The translations under genes and the position numbers were made by a program. Below the pieces are notes generated by a model. It saw only the letters and a list, made by a program, of their open reading frames with translations. It was not told the DNA's origin and made no database searches. Shown here in pieces: positions 1 to 10,100 of a DNA stretch of 64,000 nt (positions are counted from its first letter, which is position 1; the number at the start of each line of letters is the position of its first letter). This stretch comes from Alphaproteobacteria bacterium (GTDB taxonomy: Bacteria; Pseudomonadota; Alphaproteobacteria; JANSWW01): contig JANSWW010000010.1 in the NCBI GenBank assembly GCA_024743275.1, forward strand, positions 145,728-209,727, in the 5' to 3' direction.

Positions 1-485
1 ACAGCGAGGCCTATATCCAGGTGAACCCCGACCTTATTCGAGCCGGGCTCACCACCGCGAACGCGCTAGAGCATTTTCTCGCCTTCGGGCAGAACGAGAA
101 CCGACCGCTGGATGCGAATGACTACCTGAACGCGAACCCCGATCTCGTGGAGGCCGGGATCACGGTGACGACCGCCGGGGAGCATTTCGTCAATTATGGT
201 CGGACCGAAGGGCGAGTGATCGCCTTCGACGCCCCTGGTTACATTCTGGCGAATCCGGACCTGACCGACGCGGGCCTTACCGTTCCGCAGTTGATCGAGC
301 ATTTCCAACTTTTCTCGGAATCGGAAGGACGGGGCCTCTTCACGCCCGGCGGATACATCGCCGCGAATCCGGACGTGGCCTCGGCGGGTATCGACGTCTA
401 CCTACATTACCAGGAGTTAGGCCGGGACGAGGGTCGCCTGATTGTGCCGCCGACGATTTCGCCCGGCACCTTCGATGGGATCTAA
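1..485 (+). CDS. C-terminal fragment of an ANPD-repeat protein. The 5' end lies outside the window. Probably another secreted RTX-island protein.
   Basis: Frame 3 is open from base 3 (SEAYIQVNPDL...) to the stop at 483-485. Four repeat cores are visible: YIQVNPDLIRAG, YLNANPDLVEAG, YILANPDLTDAG, YIAANPDVASAG. Each is followed by H[FY]xxFGxxEGR-type tails. Confidence 0.7.
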   Translation, partial: SEAYIQVNPDLIRAGLTTANALEHFLAFGQNENRPLDANDYLNANPDLVEAGITVTTAGEHFVNYGRTEGRVIAFDAPGYILANPDLTDAGLTVPQLIEHFQLFSESEGRGLFTPGGYIAANPDVASAGIDVYLHYQELGRDEGRLIVPPTISPGTFDGI

Positions 486-514
486 GCCCGCCCCGCGACA
501 CCCGTAACCAGCGT

Positions 515-1801
515 TCAGGCCGGCACAATGTTGCCGGAGCGCGTCGATCCGGGGAAGACGTTGCGAGTGTCGACAATCAAAGGGCAGTGTCGACGAATAA
601 GCTCGTAGTCGACACCATCATGATCGGTGCAGATGATCGCGGCATCGATGCCTTCGAGAACCTCCTTTGTTAAAGCAATCGACCCCTGACCGGTGATATC
701 GGGATAACGCCGCAGGCCGGGGACGGAAGGGACCAGAGGGTCGTGATAGGCGACATCCGCGCCCCTGTTGGCGACCTTGTCGTAGATCGCCAAGGCCGGA
801 CTTTCCCGGGTGTCGCCGACATTCTTTTTGTAGGCGATGCCCACGATGAGGATCTTCGCCCCGTTCAGCCCCTTGCCGGCATGCAGATCGAGTGCCCGTG
901 ACAGCTTCTCCACAACATAGTCCGGCATGTAATTGTTGATCTCGCCGGCCAGCTCGATGAACTTCGTCGAAATACCGAATTCCCGGGCCTTCCAGGTCAG
1001 ATAGAAGGGGTCGATCGGGATGCAGTGACCGCCCAACCCCGGCCCCGGATAAAAGGGCATATAGCCGAAAGGTTTTGTCTTGGCCGCTTCGATGACCTCC
1101 CAAACGTCGATCCCCATCCGATCGAAGACGACCTTGAGCTCATTGACCAAAGCAACGTTGACCGATCGGAAGATGTTCTCGGTCAACTTGACGGCCTCGG
1201 CCGTCTTGGACGATGAAACCACAACGATTTCCGGAATAATCCTCTCGTACAACGCCTTCATTCTCGCCAAGGATCGGTCGTCATCGGCGCCAATGATCTT
1301 GGGCGTCGTCTTGATCGAGAAGCTCTTATTTCCGGGATCCTCCCGTTCCGGAGAGAATCCCAGAAACAGGTCCGATCCCACCTTCAGCCCGGACTTTTCC
1401 AAGAGCGGGCGGAGGACATCGGCGGTCGTCCCCGGATAGGTCGTCGATTCGAGTGAAATCAACTGCCCCGGCCGAAGATGGGGCAGAAAAGCCTCCGCCG
1501 TGTTCAAGACAAAGGAAAGATCCGGCGCCCGGTGACGATCCAGAGGGGTCGGCAGACAAAGGCATACCGCGTCCGCCCCGGCGATGACCGCATAGTCGGT
1601 CGTCGCCTGGAAACGGCCCTCTCGCACCAATCGCCGCAAGGTCTCCCCACCGAAACGCTCGATGTAGGACTCGCCCCGGCGGAGCTTTCGGATCTTTTCC
1701 GGGTCGATGTCGATCCCACTGACGTTCAACCCGCTTTCGGCGAAAGACAATGCCAAGGGCAGGCCGACATAACCGAGACCAATAACGGCAACCGATCGCA
1801 T
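515..1801 (-). CDS. NAD-dependent nucleotide-sugar dehydrogenase of the UDP-glucose/GDP-mannose dehydrogenase family. It resembles UDP-N-acetyl-hexosamine dehydrogenases.
   Basis: 428 aa. N-terminal Rossmann motif AVIGLGYVGLPLA and catalytic-region motif GGHCIPIDPFYL. Length and domain order are typical of the family. Confidence 0.9.
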   Translation of the reverse strand: MRSVAVIGLGYVGLPLALSFAESGLNVSGIDIDPEKIRKLRRGESYIERFGGETLRRLVREGRFQATTDYAVIAGADAVCLCLPTPLDRHRAPDLSFVLNTAEAFLPHLRPGQLISLESTTYPGTTADVLRPLLEKSGLKVGSDLFLGFSPEREDPGNKSFSIKTTPKIIGADDDRSLARMKALYERIIPEIVVVSSSKTAEAVKLTENIFRSVNVALVNELKVVFDRMGIDVWEVIEAAKTKPFGYMPFYPGPGLGGHCIPIDPFYLTWKAREFGISTKFIELAGEINNYMPDYVVEKLSRALDLHAGKGLNGAKILIVGIAYKKNVGDTRESPALAIYDKVANRGADVAYHDPLVPSVPGLRRYPDITGQGSIALTKEVLEGIDAAIICTDHDGVDYELIRRHCPLIVDTRNVFPGSTRSGNIVPA

Positions 1802-1967
1802 GGAGACAACCCTTGGATTTCGACGTCTGAGTTCCGCTTCTTATCGCGCGGCGGCGCGCAACGGTTTTGACGAACCGCCACGCGCCCTTCTAGACCATCC
1901 CTATCGGGAAGGCCATTCCCGCGCCAACAGCGAAAGAGAACCTCGGACACGAAGACCCGGGTGCCGG

Positions 1968-2696
1968 CTATTCCGCGGCGGTGGCCGCGAAACGCTGCTT
2001 CTCGTCCTCGAACGGGCCGTCGATGACCTGCTGTAAGCAAAAGTCCGTCAGAAGCTTTTCGCGATGCCATTCCTCTGCCATCGGCACATTGGCGCATTCG
2101 TGGAAACAAGGCGTTCCGAGCGTCCAATGCAGCAGTTTCGCCTCCTTGTTCGCCCCGAACTCGTCCGGAAGCCAATTCCAGACCTTCGGAATCTCGCCGA
2201 CTTTGGAATCGTCGAGCCAGGTGAAGCGGTGGAGCTGCGCCCCGGTCGCCCGCATGACGAAATCGGGCGTCAGGGTCTTGTTGTCCGGATGGCCACAATT
2301 CCACAGCACGACGCTCGACCAGTTCTTGCGGGGATAGTCCTGATTGGCCGCCCCGAGATATTTCTGGGTCTGCTTGGTCTTGTAGTCGTGATGCACGCAC
2401 ATGACGGCCTTGCTCTCGTCCCGCAACGCGAACAGTTCCGAGACATCGCCGCGCAGCAACATGTCGCCATCAACGAACAGCGCCCATCCTTGATAGCCCA
2501 TCAGATGGGGAACCAGAAAGCGGCTATAGATGAACTGGTTCGATCCGTCCGTATGGGTCTCCGAATACGCACCCAGGTTCCCGAGTGCCAGCGGCGAGAT
2601 CGCCAGGGGGCTCGTGGAGTGGCGGATCAGGCTGTTGCTGCAAACGTGGTAGGCAACGGCCTCACGGGGATCGAATCCGATGAATACGTTGAGCAT
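1968..2696 (-). CDS. GT-A fold glycosyltransferase, GT8-like. Paralog of 34021-34710.
   Basis: 242 aa with the DxD-type motif ALFVDGDM. Blocks FLxP..GWALFVDxD..ELFAL..MCVxHDY..YPRKNWSS..GHP..HRFxWL are shared with the second copy. Confidence 0.7.
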   Translation of the reverse strand: MLNVFIGFDPREAVAYHVCSNSLIRHSTSPLAISPLALGNLGAYSETHTDGSNQFIYSRFLVPHLMGYQGWALFVDGDMLLRGDVSELFALRDESKAVMCVHHDYKTKQTQKYLGAANQDYPRKNWSSVVLWNCGHPDNKTLTPDFVMRATGAQLHRFTWLDDSKVGEIPKVWNWLPDEFGANKEAKLLHWTLGTPCFHECANVPMAEEWHREKLLTDFCLQQVIDGPFEDEKQRFAATAAE

Positions 2697-3089
2697 GGGG
2701 CTCTCCGAGACTGAGGTTTGACGCCGCCGTCATACGGCGCCGGCTTCGCTCGGTCTTTGCGCCAGATCAAATGCCTCCACCTCTCCGCGCGTTGAGGGCC
2801 GGGCTCCGGGAAATCCAGGGTCAGGCCCCATAAAGCGAGGGTGGCATGCGGTCCGGGGGGCGACCCGGGACATGGTCGACACTGGCCAGGACCAAGACCG
2901 GCCAGGACCAAGACAGGTTCCGCTTCGTCATGCCCTATCCCGCTCCATAGCCAAGGTGCAACGACGGATTCAGGACCTTTCGAGCGCCCGTCGGTCCACC
3001 CGAAAGCCCAGTCAATCTTGCTTGCTGGAAAGGGCGCGGAGTGATACCCCTCTCCGCACGTTGCTTTCGAGAAGGCTAAGGACAGTTTC

Positions 3090-3413
3090 ATGGTCGAAGT
3101 CAAACCGTTCGATCCGCTTTGGGAAGAAGACAATATCCTGATTTGCGTGACGCTCCCCGCGCCGCTCGGCAAGCAGGGCTGCTACACCGTGATGAATTGG
3201 TGCCAGAAGGGGCCGGATAAGTTCGACGTCAAACGCATCGTCGACGAGTTGATGGAGAGCCGGGATTCCGCCATGGCGCGCGCCAAGGCGTTGTGTGAAG
3301 AACACGGCATTCCGATCCTCTACGATGCGGATTTCCACAAGGACGATTTCCTGGCCATCGGCAAGGAAATCGAAGAGGCCCAGAAAGCCCAACAAGCTCA
3401 GCAGGGCGGCTGA
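3090..3413 (+). CDS. Hypothetical protein, 107 aa.
   Basis: ATG is preceded by AAGGA at about 7 nt. Amino-acid composition is normal and D/E/K-rich, unlike the R/G/P-rich antisense ORF 3012-3992. I recognise no domain. Confidence 0.55.
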   Translation: MVEVKPFDPLWEEDNILICVTLPAPLGKQGCYTVMNWCQKGPDKFDVKRIVDELMESRDSAMARAKALCEEHGIPILYDADFHKDDFLAIGKEIEEAQKAQQAQQGG

Positions 3414-3434
3414 TATCCTCCCTCCACGCCCTGA

Positions 3435-4109
3435 ATGGACGGCGAAGCGATCATGAGCTCCGATTCGACGTCTCAGGCGACCGAGGAGACCCCTAGCGGA
3501 TCGGGCGGCGACGCCTCGCCGACCATCACCATCCGCTATATCCGCGCAGAGGACCGGCTGCGGATCCAGATCATCGAATCGAAGGGCAAAACCCTGCTCT
3601 TCGATCTGACACGGCGGATGACCGGACCGTTGATCGGCGGTCTGGCGAATATCCTTGAAACGTCCAACCCCACATTGGCCCGCACCCCGGCGGACTTCAA
3701 ACAGGACGCGATGGAGATGAGCCATCAGGCGGGCGTCTCTTCCGTCATGGCCAAGGAGCAGGCGCCCGAGGTGGCCTTGGAGGATCTGGTCGGCGAACAA
3801 CAATCCGCCACCGACGACGACTCCAAGGAGACCGTCGAAGGAGAGATCCCACCCCATAAAACGCGGATCGTCCCGCCGTTGATCGCCAAGGTGCACTTCA
3901 CGCCCTGGGAAAACGGCAAGGGACACACCACGATCCTCGAGGATCTGGATGGTGATAGAACGGGGCTGCAAACCCCCACCGCGGTGCTCCACGGCATTCT
4001 CGAGCTCCTCATCAAGAAATCGCGTGAAGCCGAATGGAGTCTTAACCCGCCGACGAAATGGGCGGCGGCCGACGCGGGAGAGGCGCAGTCCGAGAAAGGC
4101 CTGATGTAA
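3435..4109 (+). CDS. Hypothetical acidic protein, 224 aa. An alternative start lies at 3453.
   Basis: Long ORF with normal composition, 21 nt downstream of the previous ORF. No recognisable motif. Confidence 0.55.
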   Translation: MDGEAIMSSDSTSQATEETPSGSGGDASPTITIRYIRAEDRLRIQIIESKGKTLLFDLTRRMTGPLIGGLANILETSNPTLARTPADFKQDAMEMSHQAGVSSVMAKEQAPEVALEDLVGEQQSATDDDSKETVEGEIPPHKTRIVPPLIAKVHFTPWENGKGHTTILEDLDGDRTGLQTPTAVLHGILELLIKKSREAEWSLNPPTKWAAADAGEAQSEKGLM

Positions 4110-4116
4110 CGGCCTT

Positions 4117-6981
4117 TCAGACCAGACCGAGGGTCAACGCCTGAAACTCCGATTGGGTGACGCCGATCAGGATCAGAGAATCGCTCGCCCCGAAGACCAG
4201 AAGGCCCGACTGGCCGTCATCGGTTTGCACTGGCGTTGTGTTCGCCGTCCCGAAGGTCTCGGGGAGAAGCAGGCGGTCGCCTTCCGCCGCATCGGCATCA
4301 TGCAGGGTGAAGCTGCGCGGCGACGATTGCTCCGCTCCGGCCGCCAGGATCGAGAACTGGTCCGCGCCCTTTCCCCCCACCGCACGGACACCGTCCACGC
4401 TCAAGATGAGCAAGTCGTCGCCATTGCCGCCATTGAGGAGCGCCGTATCGCCCCTTGCGACAAGGCGGTCGTCGGTATCCGTGCCCGCCATCACAAAGCT
4501 GCCGCCGGTTTCGGCGAATACCGAAGAGGGGCTGACGCCGGTGCCCGCCGTTTCGGGATTGAGGGCGATATAGCCGTCGCTGTCGAAGAAACCCCGCCCT
4601 TCGATCTGCCCGAAGGCCCGGTAGTGGTCGTAGGCGGTCGCGGCCGTGAAGCCGGCCGCCGCCACATCCGGATTGGCCAGAAGATAGGCCTCTCCGTCGA
4701 AGGCGGGCAGACGGTCCTCGACCGCGCCGAAGATCCGATAGTGATCGAAGGCGTTCGCCGCCGTGAACCCCGCCGCCGCCACGTCCGGATTGGCCAGGAG
4801 ATAGGCGCTCCCGTCGAAGGAAAGAAGCCGCTGCTCGTCCTGGCCGAAGGCCATGTAGTGCTCCAAGGCATCTGCCCCCGACGCCGCCACATCCGGATTG
4901 GCCGCGAGATAGGCGGTGGCGTCGAAGGAGGTTAGGCGCCCCTCCACATAGCCCGAGGTGGAGAAATGATTCAACGCGTCGGTGTCGGCGGGAAGGTCCG
5001 GGTTGGCCGCGAGATAGGCCTCGGCGCTGAAGCCCTCCGGCGCGGACGTTCCCGTCTCGATGGCGTCGGCGGCGATGGTTCCATCGGCGAATTGGTAGAA
5101 TTCGATGGACTGGGCCCGGAGGGTCGCGGCGCCGCCGAACACAAGATCGTCGCCCTCCCGGGAAATACTATAGGCCGACCGGGCACCGCTCAGGATCAAC
5201 CTGTCTTCACCGGCACCGCCGGCGATGGTGTCGCTGCCGGCCGTCACCGTGAAAACGTCGTTTCCCCGGCCGCCGTCGAGTAGATTGTCGCCGCTGGACC
5301 CGGTGAGTGTGTCATTGCCATCCCCGCCATAGGCGTTTTCGATGGCGGAGCCCGTTGCGATTGTCAGCGACGTGCCGTCGATCACGGACGATGTCCCACC
5401 GGCGAGGGAGATTGTCGAGTTCGAGGTCACGGCCGCCGCATTCAGGGTGTCGGTCCCGCCGTCGGTATCCGCGAGGGCGGTACGCGCCGTCTCCCGCCCC
5501 GCCAGATCCGAATAGCTATCGGTGAAGACATAGGAATCGTTGGCCGTCTCCGACCTGCCATAGGCGGTCAATTGCCAACTGACCAAGCTACCGAAATCGA
5601 AACGGGCCGAGTCGGTCACCCGCAAGGTCCATTCGCCGGCCGCCTCCTCCCCCCAATGGAAGGTGGACGAGGTGATGAACGCGATATCGTTGCCGCTGTC
5701 CCCGAAGAGATTGGACGCGCTCTGGCCCGGACGGGCGACCAGGGTCGAAACCGTTCCGGATGGACTGATCAGGTCGACGGTCAGGTCGCCGACAAAAGTG
5801 TGTTGGATGTCGAGGGTAACCTCGACCTGCTCGACCAGGAAGTCGCCGACGAGGAGAATGCTGTCGGAAAGCCCCGCATCGTCATTGTCGGGGATGGCCG
5901 CATTCGGCGTCGAGGTGGCGGTGAGGCTCGCCAAATTGCTTGCGGTCCGTTGGTCGGTCCACGTCTCGGCCAACCGAACCGCCGCATGGGCGTCGACCAG
6001 TCCATGGGCCGTTTGATGGCTGACCGTGAACCCGCCCCCATTTATCATGTTGGCGCCGTTCGTGGCGAGATCCGTCTCGGTCCCGAGATCCCGGGCGCTC
6101 AACGCCAGGATCTCCTGCACGTCCCGATAGCCGAGGGCCGCGTTCGCCTCGAGCATCAGGGCGGCGACTCCCGCCACATTGGGGGCGGCGAAGGACGTGC
6201 CGTTGAAAGAGCCGTAATCGCTTGAGACGGCGCCGTCCGTCCCGACAGGATCGGTGGTCACAATCTCGACACCCGGGGCGGCGACCAGATTGCCGGCACC
6301 GGGCGTCGAAAAACCGGCGACGGTCCCGGTTCGGTCGATCGCGGCCACCGAGATCGTGTAAACCGAGTTCTGGAAATTGTGATAGTTGACGTTGTCGCCC
6401 TCCTCCGCCGCGTTGCCGGCCGCGAAGGTCACCACCGTCCCGAGCCCGCCCCGGCCCAGCGTCGCCGCATCTTTGACCGCCTGGGCGATCGTCGCGAAAG
6501 ACGGATTGGAGAAGTCGTCGGCGAAGCGGACGTTGACGCCCCAACTGTTGTTCACGACATCGAAGTTCTGCATCTGGTTGAGGGCGGCGGCGAGCTCGTT
6601 GGTGCTCAGCCCGCCATACTCGATGCGGATCCCTGCGAGAGCGGCATTGTAGGCGACCCCGGTCCCGCCCTCGCCATTGTCCCGCCCCTGGGAGACAACG
6701 CCCGCGACGGCGGTCCCGTGGAACTCGTCGGCACTCGTGATGTCGGCATCGCCGTCGTTCTCTTCGGCGTCGAAATCGATGGCCGGGTTATAGGCCCCCA
6801 CCAGATCCGGGTGGTCGATGTCGATGCCCTCATCCAGGACCCCGACGGTGACACCCGCCCCGGTGTAGTCGGACCACACCGGCAGGACATTCATGTCGAC
6901 CCCGGCGGTCCCACCGTCCTGCCCGGTGTTCTGAAGATGCCACTGACTGGAGAACAGTATATCAGAAGGGACCGTGCTCAT
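4117..6981 (-). CDS. Secreted subtilisin-like serine protease (peptidase S8) with a proprotein-convertase-type P-domain, RTX Ca-binding repeats and the 5x ANPD module. T1SS substrate candidate.
   Basis: Catalytic-triad contexts GVLDEGIDIDHPD, HGTAVAGV and GTSFAAPNVAGVAAL. P-domain-like segment HTFVGDLTVDLISPSGT. Nonapeptide repeats GGDGNDTLTGSSGDNLLDGGRGND. No N-terminal signal peptide. The ATG at 6981 is preceded by GGAG at 6 nt; the ORF track starts at TTG 7005. Confidence 0.9.
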   Translation of the reverse strand: MSTVPSDILFSSQWHLQNTGQDGGTAGVDMNVLPVWSDYTGAGVTVGVLDEGIDIDHPDLVGAYNPAIDFDAEENDGDADITSADEFHGTAVAGVVSQGRDNGEGGTGVAYNAALAGIRIEYGGLSTNELAAALNQMQNFDVVNNSWGVNVRFADDFSNPSFATIAQAVKDAATLGRGGLGTVVTFAAGNAAEEGDNVNYHNFQNSVYTISVAAIDRTGTVAGFSTPGAGNLVAAPGVEIVTTDPVGTDGAVSSDYGSFNGTSFAAPNVAGVAALMLEANAALGYRDVQEILALSARDLGTETDLATNGANMINGGGFTVSHQTAHGLVDAHAAVRLAETWTDQRTASNLASLTATSTPNAAIPDNDDAGLSDSILLVGDFLVEQVEVTLDIQHTFVGDLTVDLISPSGTVSTLVARPGQSASNLFGDSGNDIAFITSSTFHWGEEAAGEWTLRVTDSARFDFGSLVSWQLTAYGRSETANDSYVFTDSYSDLAGRETARTALADTDGGTDTLNAAAVTSNSTISLAGGTSSVIDGTSLTIATGSAIENAYGGDGNDTLTGSSGDNLLDGGRGNDVFTVTAGSDTIAGGAGEDRLILSGARSAYSISREGDDLVFGGAATLRAQSIEFYQFADGTIAADAIETGTSAPEGFSAEAYLAANPDLPADTDALNHFSTSGYVEGRLTSFDATAYLAANPDVAASGADALEHYMAFGQDEQRLLSFDGSAYLLANPDVAAAGFTAANAFDHYRIFGAVEDRLPAFDGEAYLLANPDVAAAGFTAATAYDHYRAFGQIEGRGFFDSDGYIALNPETAGTGVSPSSVFAETGGSFVMAGTDTDDRLVARGDTALLNGGNGDDLLILSVDGVRAVGGKGADQFSILAAGAEQSSPRSFTLHDADAAEGDRLLLPETFGTANTTPVQTDDGQSGLLVFGASDSLILIGVTQSEFQALTLGLV
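4510..5031 (-). repeat. Five tandem ANPD repeats (protein-level module) inside the S8 protease gene.
   Basis: Cores YLAANPDLPADT, YLAANPDVAASG, YLLANPDVAAAG, YLLANPDVAAAG and YIALNPETAGTG. The last copy is degenerate. Confidence 0.8.
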
Positions 6982-7031
6982 CGGCGACTCCTGCCCAAGC
7001 GTCAAAGCACCCCTTGCCTACCCGTCTACCT

Positions 7032-7060
7032 ATATAGAGCCGGGATCGCCCCGCTGTCGA
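7032..7060 (-). promoter_or_regulatory. Candidate sigma70-type promoter for the S8 protease gene.
   Basis: On the minus strand the sequence reads TCGACA-N17-CTATAT. It sits about 50 nt upstream of the ATG at 6981 and immediately downstream of the terminator hairpin of the preceding gene. Confidence 0.35.
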
Positions 7061-7112
7061 TTGGACATTCGGCTATTCACAAAAAGTTCAGCGCGCGTGG
7101 CCTCCAGGTCAC

Positions 7113-7140
7113 AAAAAGGCCCCCTCTGTTGGAGGGGGCC
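7113..7140 (-). terminator. Rho-independent terminator downstream of the 5'-nucleotidase/RTX gene.
   Basis: 9-bp GC stem GGCCCCCTC / GAGGGGGCC (7118-7126 and 7132-7140) with a 5-nt loop. On the minus strand it is followed by a T-run (plus-strand AAAAA at 7113-7117). It lies 47 nt after the stop codon at 7187. Confidence 0.75.
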
Positions 7141-7186
7141 TTCGATGATGTGCAGGTGTTTTTTTGTTGTGATTTTGCTGTCGGTC

Positions 7187-10100
7187 TTAGAAGCCGGTAA
7201 GGAACAGGGCTTCGGCGCTGAGGTCGCTGGTCGACACGCCGATCAACTCCAGGGTCTGGTCGCTGGACAGCGTGAACACCGCGTTGCCAGCGGCATTGTC
7301 GGAGGCCCCGGCGATGATCGCGTCCCGGTCCAGGGCGGCCCCGGTCCGGTTCTCGATCAGAAGACGGTCGCCCTCGGCGAAGTTGAAGTCACCGATCACG
7401 TCGGCCCCGCTCTCGCCGGTCACCAGCTTGAACAGGTCCGCCCCGGCGCCGCCGATATGGATATCGCTGCCGGCACCGCCTTCCAGCGTGTCGTCCCCAC
7501 CGAGGCCGCGGATGATGTCGTCACCCGCCCCGGCGAAGATCGTGTCGTCCGCCTGGCTGCCCTTGATCGCCGGCGACCGGCCCTCGGTCTGGCCGAACAG
7601 GTCGAAATGACTCGCCCCCGGCGTCGCCGACGCGGCCACGTCGGCGTTGGCGAAGGCATAGCCCGCCCCATCGAAGAAGCCCCGACCCTCATTCTTCCCG
7701 AAGGTCGAATAATGGGTGATCGCCGTGTCCGTCGTAAAGCCGGCGGCCGCAACGTCCGGGTTCGCCAGCAGATAGCCCCGGGCATCGAAGCTATCGATTC
7801 GGCCCTGGTCCCGGCCCGTCGTCAGGAAGTGGTCGAGCGCCGTCGCCTCGGTCACGCCCTGGGCCGCAAGATCCGGGTTCGCCGCAAGATATTGCGCGCC
7901 GCTGAACTGAACCAGGCGGTCTTCCGACTCGCCGTGGGCAAGATAGTGGGTGATCGCCGTGCTCGTCGTGAAGCCGGCGGCCGCCACATCCGGGTTGGCC
8001 TGGAGATATTCGGCGGCATTGAACTCGACAAGACGACCCTCGTAGAAGCCCCCACCCTGGAAATGCGCCACCAACGCGTCCCCGGTCAGGCCGGCGGCGG
8101 CCAGATCCGGGTTCGCCGCCAGATAGAAGCTTTCCACGAACTGGCCTTCGTACTTGTTGCCGAGAACATCGTCGGCCCGCTTGTCCAGGTTCTGGATCCG
8201 GCTGTCCCGGCCCGGATCGACCTCGGCCTCCGCGAACGGCGTCGAGGAGAAGTTGGCCGCCAGATATTCCGCCAGGGCATCCTGCTCCGTGCCCGGATTG
8301 GCGAAAGTCGCGGACCCGGTGTCTGTCAGCACGTCTGTCAGCTCGACCCGGTTCGCCCGCGCCGCGTTCTCCGTGATGAAGCCTTCGAACGGGTAATTGT
8401 CGCCGCCGTCGACCAGGAAGTTCAGGGTCACCACCCGGATCTCCCGGCTGCCGTCCCCGATCACCTCGCCGTCCCGCGCGATCACGTCGACGATCTGATT
8501 GTTGTTGTTTTGATCGACGATCGTCAGCGACGTCACCCGGTCGCCCGCCGGAAGATCGTCGTCGAAGGCGAACTGAATGCCGCCGAACTGGCCGAACTGG
8601 CCCGGGGTGGCGCCGTCCGCCGTCGCGGAGACCGCGTGCTCGACCGTCGCCAGAAGTTGGTCCGCCGTAAGGGTCAACAGGGTCAGCGAGTTGTTGAAGC
8701 GCAGGCTGTTGGAGATATCCAGCTGGCTGACCTGGCCCTCTTCCTTGCCGGCCAGCGCGTTCGCCTGCGGCGGCAGAAGCTGGGTTGTGGCGCCCTCATT
8801 CGACGTCTCGCCGATCACCGAGCGGATACCGCCGCCATTCTTGATCGACACCGTCACCGTGCTGTCGTGCTGCTGGGCCACGAACAGGTTCGCGTCCGCC
8901 GTCAGATTGCCGAGATTGGTCTCCTCGGTCCGGACCTGGCTGCGCTCCCCGTCGATATAGACCGAGGTCGACCCGAAGGTGTTGCCGTCCTGGGCCGTCA
9001 CCACCCCGGTCACCGAGTTCACCAGCGTCTGCACCGTGTTCCCGGCCGTACCAGACGCGAAGGCCGCCTCCGTCGAGCCCCACAGCGCTTCCACCTGGGC
9101 CGTCGTCGTCGCATAGGCGCCCGAGACGTTCGGATCGATCGAGGAGGTCTGCAGGATCCCGTCAGCGTTGAAGTCCACCACCAGGCGGCCGACATAGCTG
9201 TACTCGCCGTCCGTCGACACCACCGCGACCGGATTGCCGGACTTGTCCGTGGTCAGGAACGGATAGTCGCCCTGGCTCGTATCGCCCGGCTGAACGCTGC
9301 CGCGAGCCACATCCTCGCTGTCCAGAAGGCGCGTGTCCGAGCCGCCGGCGACGATCACGTCGACCCCGTCCAGCAGCGTCGCAAGCTCCTGCTCCAGCGC
9401 GAACTGCTGCAGGTGGGAGACCAGCACGATCTTGTTGATCCCGTCGGCCACCATCTGGTCGACGATCGGCTGCAGCACCGCGGCCAGCGCCGTCATGTCG
9501 TTGGTGGTCCCGGCCGTCGAGACGACATTGCCGGTGCTTGAGATCGATTCGATGACCTGGGTCGTCGCCCCGACGACACCGATCCGCTGCCCGTCCTCTT
9601 CGATCACCGTCGCCGGCGCGATCTGCGGCGTGGAGGCGTTCGAAAGATCGTTCGGCAGCGAGCGGAAGCTCTCATTGGAAATGATCGACGAAGTGTAGAG
9701 GTTGGACAGATCCCCGTTCGACGAGAAATCCAGATTGGCCGAGAGATAAGGGAACTGGGCCCCGAGATAGCGCACATCCCCGACGGTCGCCCCGCGGATA
9801 TCCGGCTCGATCAGGCCTTCGAAGGTGTCGGTCCCGAGATCGAACTCGTGATTGCCGACCGCCGACGCATCGAAGCCGATCGCGTTCATGATCGAGATAT
9901 CGATCCGGCCGCCGCCCTCGCGGAAGTTCGACAGTGTCTCGCCCTCGCCCAGGGAAGACGAGAAGATCTGCGTGTTCGCGGTCTGAAGATCGGTCCGGAT
10001 CGACCGGTCACTGCTCGCGTTGAAGAACGGACCCGGCAGATAGTTGTCGCCGGCCGAAAGCGTGATCGACGCCGAGATCTGATCGTCCAGATAGTCCTCG

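Noticed and set aside
2064-3992. ORFs 2064-2714 (plus), 2627-3172 (minus) and 3012-3992 (minus, 326 aa).
   Set aside because: They overlap better-supported genes on the opposite strand or lie in the intergenic region. Composition is R/G/P-rich and I found no ribosome-binding sites.
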